The notes beneath the pieces are model-generated. The model was not told the origin of the DNA. It was given only the letters and a program-made list of their open reading frames with translations, and did not search any database. From Blastocatellia bacterium (GTDB taxonomy: Bacteria > Acidobacteriota > Blastocatellia > Pyrinomonadales > Pyrinomonadaceae): a stretch of 64,000 nucleotides of DNA. The stretch is from the NCBI GenBank assembly GCA_033856735.1, contig JAWVEM010000025.1:972-64971 (forward strand), given 5' to 3'. Each line of letters begins with the position of its first letter. The stretch's first letter is position 1. The position numbers and the translations under genes are program-made. Positions 27,692 to 35,293 of the stretch are shown here, in pieces.

Positions 27692-28020
27692 AACACCATC
27701 TGCCCCAGCTCGAACCAGTTCGAGCCTGGTCCGGCTCCCACCGCGGAGATCCCGATGTCGATACGGTCGCCGCCCACGACCCCGGCCTGTTCAAGAGTCA
27801 TGTTGGGCGAAATCGCCTTCTGCGTCCTTGCTACCAATAGATGATAAGGCTGACCGTCTGGTAACGATCGTAGAAACGATCCCGTGCCGTCGACATCACG
27901 TCCGAGTTCGTTGAGAATCTCTTGACCGGTGCATTGGGTACTCACGTCAGCAACCAGGCTTATCGGCATATCCGTGGGGTGCACAAAAACTATCTCAATT
28001 GCAGGATATCCTTCACTCAT
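27604..28020 (-). CDS. Ubiquitin-like beta-grasp protein (paralog of 34173..34484) with a C-terminal extension
   Basis: About 40% identical over ~90 columns to the Ubl at 34173-34484 by hand alignment. Both have ...[VI]GAG at the end of the fold. ATG follows GAGGGGG. Confidence 0.65.
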   Translation of the reverse strand: MSEGYPAIEIVFVHPTDMPISLVADVSTQCTGQEILNELGRDVDGTGSFLRSLPDGQPYHLLVARTQKAISPNMTLEQAGVVGGDRIDIGISAVGAGPGSNWFELGQMVFWSAAGASFFLSPPVHFWSSFCEVRAAAA

Positions 28021-28311
28021 AAATTCGCCCCCTCATTAAACCTGATTAGAGTATTTGTTAGTAGCTGACGATCAAATACGGAGAGGAGATCTCCCAACTC
28101 GAACGAGTCGCTTCCGGCCGTCGCAAAGCCGAGCCACTATCACCCAGATTGCAAGAAAATGGAAGTCTAAGCCTGAGCGAGGGTTCGTTACCTTAGCAGA
28201 GATTAATGGACGCTTGACTAAAGAGCGGGCTGGCGGTTAAGTCTCAAAGTCAACTTTGCGTAAGATTCGAGAATCAAGCTATTGTCTTGGGAGATTCGTT
28301 AATAGCGCCGT

Positions 28312-28350
28312 CGCAATAAGAAAGCAGCGGTAGGGATGCCCACCGCTGCT
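28312..28350 (-). terminator. Intrinsic terminator for the minus-strand small gene
   Basis: AGCAGCGGT (28323-28331) pairs with ACCGCTGCT (28342-28350). On the minus strand the stem is followed by TTTCTTATT. Confidence 0.6.
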
Positions 28351-28446
28351 TCGAGGTACATGGCTTTAAGGAACTGACGAATCCGCAAAAACAAAAACCG
28401 ACGTCTTCGGTTCGACTGTTGACTATACGATGAACGGACGCAATTT

Positions 28447-28641
28447 CTATCCTTTCAGAGTGTCGTCAGATTCCCCAAGGCTCTTTGATCGGTCGTCACC
28501 GGCTACCCCTCCTCGAGCACGCGTGCTCCCCGCCGCGTCACCCGAGTCGGCGGCTTTGGATCGATCTTCTGGGGTCGCTCCCCCTCGGGTTTTTGATTCT
28601 TTCTCTTTGGAACCTTGTTCGTTAGTGATCTCGGTGCTCAT
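28447..28641 (-). CDS. Small highly charged Gly/Asp/Ser-rich protein (KGG-type stress-protein-like?)
   Basis: 64 aa. AAGGAG lies 8 nt upstream of the ATG and a terminator hairpin lies downstream. The gene is isolated between two divergent operons. Confidence 0.5.
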   Translation of the reverse strand: MSTEITNEQGSKEKESKTRGGATPEDRSKAADSGDAAGSTRARGGVAGDDRSKSLGESDDTLKG

Positions 28642-28914
28642 TTAGAGTTCTCCTTCTGATTATCGGTTGTAAGACCGGTGTCAGCCGCATGAACGCGTAC
28701 CTGCCGGAATCCGCAGATGTCGCGCGTTTTGGAACTTCCACCACTATTTCATGATTTCGCCACGACGAACGTTACGCATGGCCGCGTGAGCCGGTGCGCC
28801 TGCATAACGTTTTGAAGCGGCCGGCATATCAGTTTAGAGATTTGGCATTTTCCAGAATTGGCATTCGGCTTTTGTCCGGAGCGGCTTGGAAGTCTGAATG
28901 CGCCAGGAGAATAA

Positions 28915-31900
28915 ATGGAACTGCCCGAAGAGTTAGCCGAGCAAGAACTATTCGAGGCGCACATCGCTGTCGACCCATCACAACCTATCGATGAGGCTGG
29001 TGCAGATCCTGCATCGCTGGAAGAACAACACAACGAAGACGAGGCAATCGGCGACGAAGAAGGGGAAGCTGACATTCCTGCAGAGCAAGTTGCCGAAGCT
29101 GATCAAGCTGAAGAGGAGGACCAGGAGGAAGAGCGACCAGGAGAAAAAAGACTCAAAGTCTTCATCAGTTACAACCGGAATGACAACGACGGGGCCATCG
29201 CTGATCGAATCTACGACGAGCTGAGCCAACAATATGACGTATTCTTAGACCGACGCACGATCAAGATCGGTGAATCATACGAAAAAGTCACCGAAGACTG
29301 GCTGGACACCTCCGATTTCGTAATCGCCCTGATCTCAGCCAAATCGGTCGAGACTTCCTTCATAAAAGCCGAGTTACAAAGAGCCTACGAGCGCTACAAG
29401 ACTGAGGCGCGTCCGACCGTCATACCCTTGCGCATCAATTATGCCGGCCCCTCCGGGCTGAGATTAGATGCTTACATCGGGCACTTTCAGCGAATCGATT
29501 GGGATAACAGAAACTTCGACTGGTTACTCAGGCAACTACACGCAGGACTTAGCAATAAATTAGCCGCGATCACGAAAGCCGTTATCACCGGCACAGACAT
29601 CATTCCCATAAGCGATACTCTGCGCGAGCGTTATGCTCAAGCCTTTGTCGAGCCACGTGAGTTGATCAGCACCCCCGTGTCGTTCGACGAGAAAAGGTTG
29701 TTGTGGATCAGCGGCGATGCGGCGGTCACAAATTATGTCGCCCTCTCGATTGCCGCGACGATCACAGACAAGTCATTATACGAAATTACGAAACAGCGAA
29801 AATGGTCTGAGATCAACAGCACTTTGATTAGTGACTCAACCATCGTTCTGCGTGACGCCCTGCCAGCCTCTTATCTCCAGGAATCCGGCGCGATCGGTGA
29901 ATGGCACGCTCTCCGCGCAATCATTGAACGAAACAACATCATTATTGCCACTGCTCCTAATGATGAATTCGAAAAGTTGGAGCAGGAACTGCTGAGATAT
30001 CAGTTCACTGACTACCAGCATCGCCAGGTCGATGCCGGCTCGTATAGCGATGACTCAAAGTTGCTGATCTTTTCTCGACTGATTGAGCATCTCTTCAAAA
30101 CCGGTGAGTTAGATGAGGACAAATATGCTTGGGCTACCGATCTAGTAAAAGACCCAAACGAAACAGATTCAGTCGGCGGTCAAGGTCGCGCGCGGGCCAT
30201 CGAAAGACGCCGGCGCGACATGCGTAAGAAGTTCCGCGAAAACCTCGGCCGGTGGTCGCCTGCCGACATAGTACGGTTCGTACTCAGCTTGTCCCAGGTG
30301 GACAGCGAGAGTGATATCACTCGGCTCCTGCAGCGCTCCGCGGCGATTGAGGATGAGATTCGCTCGTGGTTCCTCGCGCTTGACGATTCCACTCGATGTT
30401 TCGTCATGACGGTGGCTCTTTTCGCCAACCTTGATCATCAAGAATTGTGGGAATACTACAAGTCCATAGTCGAACATTTACGTCATCTCGATGCAAATCT
30501 CCGCTTGCTGCCCTTCGGCATTTGCCGTAAGCGTGCTCATCCTTATGTTTCTTTGGATGGGCCGATTGCGCTGGACGAGCGCGTGGCTGATGCCGTCAGA
30601 CAGGAAATAGCTCGTAGCTATCGCGAATACTTCGTTGAGTTGACTCCGAAACTCAAAGACTGGTCCGTGCCACCGGGGCGAAGTCCAAAAACCATCGAAC
30701 AGCGCAATCAGCGCAAGCCGAGGATTGAAGAAACAAGGGAAGCGCGAATGGCGATCGCACGCATGGTTGGTATAGCCGCTAGGCTTGGTCTCGACGACCT
30801 TACAGAGATTCTCGACTACTGGGCCACGGATTCGAATATCCAGATTAGAAAATCAGTCGCGTTCGCTTTTGCGGAAACAGCCAAGAGTCCGACCGGAGTC
30901 AACTATGCCCTTAACCTCCTGGAGCGATGGAGTCTCGACATTAACTCGCACGGTCAAACTAGGTGGCGTGCGTTGGCCGCCGCTCACGCTCTTGGCTTCG
31001 TCACTGCCGCGGCCAATGATGCGTATGTGACGGTGCGAGCGCTCCATTGCCTCCGTACCTTCGCCCGGTCACGGCGACAGGACGCGCGCTTCTACGCTTC
31101 TATCGCCGTCCGCCAAGTCGCACGATATGCACCTTTATCGTCGACTGAAGGAGCGCTCGGCAGGCTGGCGAAAGACGATCGAACTGAAGTCCGCTTGAAT
31201 GTCGCGGCCGCACTCAACGAGGCGCGTGCATACGACGCTGACACGGCCGATGCCTTAATTGAACGATGGGTTCTGTCCGATGATCCCAACCTCCGGTGGG
31301 TCGCGCTTTGCGGGATTGTGACGAGTCGCAAAAGTCAGAATGGTACAAGCCCCAAGAAGTACGAGCGGCTCCTGGACTTTCTCGACAGCGAAGAATCCGC
31401 GTTGAGTCTGGCCAGCGTCCTGAGTGAAACGGTGACGGACGATCATTACGGGCAGGTTGCGAAGGACAGTCTCGGTTTCCTCGCAGAACATGCAAAAGAG
31501 GCGCAGTGGACAAATTTCGCGGCCGGCCTCGCGATTGTCTCCACTAGCAAACTGGACAAGGAAATATTGCCCCTTCTGCGTTTTTCAGACGGCCCACCGT
31601 TCGAGGAACGCGCCGTCGATGTTAGGCGAGAGGTTTTGCGGAGAAAACTAGGCTCGCCGGCGCGATTCCTGGCTACATTGAGAGCCTGGCTTAACGGGAA
31701 AGACACGCAACTTGAACTCTTCAGAGCCCTAACACAATTGCTCGATGTCACCCCGGATAGTTCACGATCTGAGGTTATTGCGGCGATGGCCGAACAGTTT
31801 TGTGCGGAGCCCGCGAGTGTGAACGAAACACTTTCCGCACTTCGAATCCTCGCCCCAGCACACTTTGAAACCCTCGCACAAGGAGTACGCAACGAAGCGT

Positions 31901-32487
31901 TTCGGCGATCACTTGAAGATTCGGCGGGTTTTGTGGCGCTGGCTGGCGCGCAACTTGCTCACGTTGAAACTGCAGACGACACCGCAGAAGCAATTGTGCG
32001 ATTAGCCCGAGATGATCCACCAGGCTCGCGCGAACAGATGATGCGGGCGCTGCTCGAGGCGGATGAGCAAGCTCCGCAAATGACAAAGAACCTCGTTGTA
32101 ATTCTCCGCACCGGGGAACCAGACCTCGTCCGCATCGTCTATGAATTCAACTATCGGCTAATAGAAAAAGCGATGACGGTTCCCGTGACCTTTCCCGCAT
32201 TTGTGCTGGAGACGGTTCGAACCGATGACGACGCCATCAGCTTGTTGAATTACCTGGCTGAGCCTGAGCCGCAGGGGAACCGAAGTACTTTGGTTCGAAC
32301 ACTGGTTGAAGCCAGGCTCCTGGAGGCGAATGGCGTCGACAAGCTCCTGGCCCTGCCGGCCCTGAAGCAGTGGACCAATCTCGCTTCGCTGCAAGCCGAG
32401 GTTGCGCGTTCATATTACCTGCGGAGAATTTTTGCGCCCCGGTTTGTGACAAAGTTGTTCAGCAAGAGGAGCATCGAGAATTGGTAG
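28915..32487 (+). CDS. TIR-domain protein with a degenerate NTPase-like middle region and C-terminal HEAT/ARM repeats
   Basis: About 80-aa acidic low-complexity N-terminus. TIR region: KVFISYNRNDNDGAIADRIYDEL...VFLDRRTIKIGESY...DFVIALISAKSVETSFIKAELQRA. HEAT-like units: D.N..IR..VAFAFAE and DDRTEVRLNVAAALNEA. Confidence 0.75.
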   Translation: MELPEELAEQELFEAHIAVDPSQPIDEAGADPASLEEQHNEDEAIGDEEGEADIPAEQVAEADQAEEEDQEEERPGEKRLKVFISYNRNDNDGAIADRIYDELSQQYDVFLDRRTIKIGESYEKVTEDWLDTSDFVIALISAKSVETSFIKAELQRAYERYKTEARPTVIPLRINYAGPSGLRLDAYIGHFQRIDWDNRNFDWLLRQLHAGLSNKLAAITKAVITGTDIIPISDTLRERYAQAFVEPRELISTPVSFDEKRLLWISGDAAVTNYVALSIAATITDKSLYEITKQRKWSEINSTLISDSTIVLRDALPASYLQESGAIGEWHALRAIIERNNIIIATAPNDEFEKLEQELLRYQFTDYQHRQVDAGSYSDDSKLLIFSRLIEHLFKTGELDEDKYAWATDLVKDPNETDSVGGQGRARAIERRRRDMRKKFRENLGRWSPADIVRFVLSLSQVDSESDITRLLQRSAAIEDEIRSWFLALDDSTRCFVMTVALFANLDHQELWEYYKSIVEHLRHLDANLRLLPFGICRKRAHPYVSLDGPIALDERVADAVRQEIARSYREYFVELTPKLKDWSVPPGRSPKTIEQRNQRKPRIEETREARMAIARMVGIAARLGLDDLTEILDYWATDSNIQIRKSVAFAFAETAKSPTGVNYALNLLERWSLDINSHGQTRWRALAAAHALGFVTAAANDAYVTVRALHCLRTFARSRRQDARFYASIAVRQVARYAPLSSTEGALGRLAKDDRTEVRLNVAAALNEARAYDADTADALIERWVLSDDPNLRWVALCGIVTSRKSQNGTSPKKYERLLDFLDSEESALSLASVLSETVTDDHYGQVAKDSLGFLAEHAKEAQWTNFAAGLAIVSTSKLDKEILPLLRFSDGPPFEERAVDVRREVLRRKLGSPARFLATLRAWLNGKDTQLELFRALTQLLDVTPDSSRSEVIAAMAEQFCAEPASVNETLSALRILAPAHFETLAQGVRNEAFRRSLEDSAGFVALAGAQLAHVETADDTAEAIVRLARDDPPGSREQMMRALLEADEQAPQMTKNLVVILRTGEPDLVRIVYEFNYRLIEKAMTVPVTFPAFVLETVRTDDDAISLLNYLAEPEPQGNRSTLVRTLVEARLLEANGVDKLLALPALKQWTNLASLQAEVARSYYLRRIFAPRFVTKLFSKRSIENW

Positions 32488-32549
32488 AGATTCGACCATA
32501 ACGTTTTCTTCTCAATTTCATAGTAAGACGGAGACGAAGCAAATTCTTA

Positions 32550-32918
32550 ATGTCTGGATGGGAGATCGCGGCAATCGTTGCCTTGGTATTGGCGTTGCTT
32601 ATCGGCGTCGCGGCGATCATCGTTTACGTAGTCGCGGAAGATCGATTGCCTCCGAGCCGGCAGCAGGAAAGGCTGCCGCCGATCGTCTTTCGGCATGAGC
32701 CATTCGGTACGATCACGCCGGGGCTGATTTCATTTAGATCAAGCGAGGCACATCGACGGGTTACGCCACGCCAATTCAACTTTCGGAATGATGGTAATGA
32801 CATCAGGACTAGAGAGATCAAAGAGGACCTCGACTTGTATTGCAAGCTAACCGGTAGACTGGCACGCGATTGCCGATGTGAGTTCTGTAGGAAACTGAAG
32901 GAAAAACTTGGAACCTAA
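32550..32918 (+). CDS. Small membrane-anchored protein with a C-terminal Cys cluster
   Basis: N-terminal TM helix (IAAIVALVLALLIGVAAIIVYVV) and C-terminal CKLTGRLARDCRCEFC. It overlaps the E1 start by 11 nt. Confidence 0.5.
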   Translation: MSGWEIAAIVALVLALLIGVAAIIVYVVAEDRLPPSRQQERLPPIVFRHEPFGTITPGLISFRSSEAHRRVTPRQFNFRNDGNDIRTREIKEDLDLYCKLTGRLARDCRCEFCRKLKEKLGT

Positions 32919-34176
32919 TAACGACAAAGTGTTTTCGCGCGAGCGATTGGCAGGATACGACCCGGAACGCATGAGTCGTAGCTGCGTGTTAGTGGTAGGG
33001 GCTGGCGCTCTTGGACAAAACACCGCAATGAATCTCGCATTGGCGGGCTTAGGGGAACTGCGGATTGTCGACAAGGACATCTTTGAAGAGCACAACCGCA
33101 CGCGTAGCCCGGCCTATCCTCTGCCTGATGAGGTGGACCGCTACGGAACCGACAAAGCCGGTGCCGTCGCTCGTAAACTGCGGCGCCTAATGACGGCAAA
33201 GCACCCTTCGATGTACTACGCAAATAACTGGATTCAAGAATTGGGTGACGGAGCGTTTCGCGGCGTGTCTGTCGTTGTGTCGTGTGTCGACTCGCAACTC
33301 GCGCGTGCTTACCTGTCGGACAAGACGAGACAGCACGGGTTGCCTTTTATTGAAGGCGGCTTTCAGGCTGCGAACATCCGGCTGACCTGCTTTCCCGCGG
33401 CGCGCCCGGAAATCACAAAGACGCTGCCATGCTGGCGGTGTTCTCACCCAACGGTCGAAGGCAGCTTTTCCTGTGCTAACTACGCGCAGCAAGCAGAAGC
33501 GTTGGGCGTGATCCCGGCAATCCAAAATGCGGCCGCGGTATTGGGTGGCCTGCAGGCTGAAGCCGCAATACAAGCTGTTCATCACGAACCGACCGGTAGC
33601 GAGACTGCCCGATGTTTTGAGTTCAACGTAAGAACGTGGAAGGCCCGAACCGTAGAGCTTGCAAAGGATCCGAAGTGCCCGGGCCTCCATCGCCTGCTTG
33701 ATTCGCAGCCGATAATACTACAAACGACCGCGGACGATACGGTGGCGGAACTGCTTGTCGAAATGGGCGAGCACCTGGGAACGCAGGCATGCATCTGGCT
33801 ACCGATGAAAACGTATTCCAAGTATTTGTCGGCGATGCCATGCAGTAACCCCAAGTGCCGGAACATCGTCGCAGTGCGTGGCCCTGAGTGGCGCTGGAAG
33901 ATGAATCCGCGTTGTTCGGACTGTGATGGACCGTTCTTACCGATGCGTGACGGGGCCGGCGTCTCAAGTTACGCGGTACCAGAATTGAGTTTGAGCTCCA
34001 GCCCTGAGGTGTTGGAAGCGACGTGTCGAACAATTGGCCTGGCTCCTCTTGGGCTTGTTGCCGGAGCCGAGGCAGCCTCGACGCAGGCCCACTTTGATGA
34101 CGCCCCCCCGCCGGCCCTATTTCAATTGCCCGGATCGTTGGATGAACTTTATCAATCAGGAGAAAACACACCATGA
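32908..34176 (+). CDS. ThiF/MoeB-type E1-like Ubl-activating enzyme
   Basis: VLVVGAGALGQNTAMNLALAGLGELRIVDKDIFEEHNRTR Rossmann motif, plus paired CxxC motifs (CWRC; CPKCRN...CSDCDG). The stop overlaps the Ubl start (ATGA). Confidence 0.8.
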   Translation: MEPNNDKVFSRERLAGYDPERMSRSCVLVVGAGALGQNTAMNLALAGLGELRIVDKDIFEEHNRTRSPAYPLPDEVDRYGTDKAGAVARKLRRLMTAKHPSMYYANNWIQELGDGAFRGVSVVVSCVDSQLARAYLSDKTRQHGLPFIEGGFQAANIRLTCFPAARPEITKTLPCWRCSHPTVEGSFSCANYAQQAEALGVIPAIQNAAAVLGGLQAEAAIQAVHHEPTGSETARCFEFNVRTWKARTVELAKDPKCPGLHRLLDSQPIILQTTADDTVAELLVEMGEHLGTQACIWLPMKTYSKYLSAMPCSNPKCRNIVAVRGPEWRWKMNPRCSDCDGPFLPMRDGAGVSSYAVPELSLSSSPEVLEATCRTIGLAPLGLVAGAEAASTQAHFDDAPPPALFQLPGSLDELYQSGENTP

Positions 34177-34484
34177 CCGAAGAAACACTCGAGATCCACT
34201 TCATTCATCCTCACACCAGCAAAAGGCTGGTGGCAGATCTCAGTCCGAACTGCACCGGAACCGATGCCTTGCACGCGCTTCTGAGCGCGGACGGCGGCGA
34301 TGGCCCATTTCTAAGTCAGGCCGGCGGCCAAACCTACGAATTGTCTTTGGAAAGAACCGGTACCGCGATTACTCCCAACATGACATTTCGCGAGGCCGGA
34401 GTGATTAACCGCGACATTATCAACATCGCTCCGACCGTAATTGGCGCTGGGTCAGTCTTCAGATCAGGACCGGGACAGACCTAA
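34173..34484 (+). CDS. Ubiquitin-like beta-grasp protein (BilA-like), precursor form
   Basis: 103 aa. The beta-grasp-like fold ends in ...PTVIGAG and is followed by a 13-aa tail, SVFRSGPGQT and preceding residues. It sits between the E1 and E2 genes. Confidence 0.7.
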   Translation: MTEETLEIHFIHPHTSKRLVADLSPNCTGTDALHALLSADGGDGPFLSQAGGQTYELSLERTGTAITPNMTFREAGVINRDIINIAPTVIGAGSVFRSGPGQT

Positions 34485-34567
34485 CGGTCTCACGTTGACC
34501 GTGTGCGAAGAATTGCTTTCCCGGGTCTTGCTGAACCAATGAATTGTTGCCGCAAAGGAGAATGGCC

Positions 34568-35269
34568 ATGACCGAATCGCTGGACGAGAGTGACCGTCGT
34601 TCAAGGCTCACTTACGACTATCAAACCGCGATGATGATGAGGCCTCTAATGGAGGCCGAGGCATACCGCAATCTGGACGACTTGTTGGCGCGCCGCAACC
34701 GCATAGACTCCGTCGCGGACGCGTATTTAGCGACGCACTATCGCGTTCTCTATCGGGTCAGAACGCTGATTGGCCCCGCGCGTTATTGGGATGAAACGAC
34801 AGTGCGCTTTGATCTCTTTGCCAACAATGATTATCCAATGAACGAACCCGCCAGTTGGGTCATCGACGGTCCAATGCCGTGGTCGCCGCATTTTCTGGAG
34901 GGTCGTGAGATCTGTATCGGCCCAATTTGGAAACGAGCCCAAGGCAGGATTCTGCTCTGTGAACTGATGATTCATGTGGCCAGGTTGCTGAATTTCGATG
35001 AGCCCCCCTACGAAGATCCCGAGTATGGAGGCTGGCAACCAGATGCGGTGGAATATTGGGAGACGACGCTTGGCAGACAGCCAATTAGCAAATTGGTGTA
35101 TCCCTCTGTACCACGTCGCGTCCCGCCGCCAGCGGAACCGGAACCTGAACAGCCGACAAGAGCGATCGTCTTCCGTAATACGATTGAATGGAGCCCACCC
35201 AGCATCAGGATTAGACCACAAGCTCCCGCTGAGTCAGCTTCTTCGCTGATCAAAGTCAGGCCTCAATGA
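34568..35269 (+). CDS. E2-like ubiquitin-conjugating enzyme homolog
   Basis: PWSPHFLEGREICIGPIW resembles the E2 HPN...C active-site region. ATG at 34568 lies 7 nt after AAGGAG; the ORF opens at 34544. Confidence 0.6.
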   Translation: MTESLDESDRRSRLTYDYQTAMMMRPLMEAEAYRNLDDLLARRNRIDSVADAYLATHYRVLYRVRTLIGPARYWDETTVRFDLFANNDYPMNEPASWVIDGPMPWSPHFLEGREICIGPIWKRAQGRILLCELMIHVARLLNFDEPPYEDPEYGGWQPDAVEYWETTLGRQPISKLVYPSVPRRVPPPAEPEPEQPTRAIVFRNTIEWSPPSIRIRPQAPAESASSLIKVRPQ

Positions 35270-35293
35270 AATGGCTTAGACCCAACGTTACTT

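Noticed and set aside
33187-34204. Several 94-193-aa minus-strand ORFs
   Set aside because: All are antisense to the E1 and Ubl genes, which have strong motifs and ATGA coupling. None has a recognisable domain.
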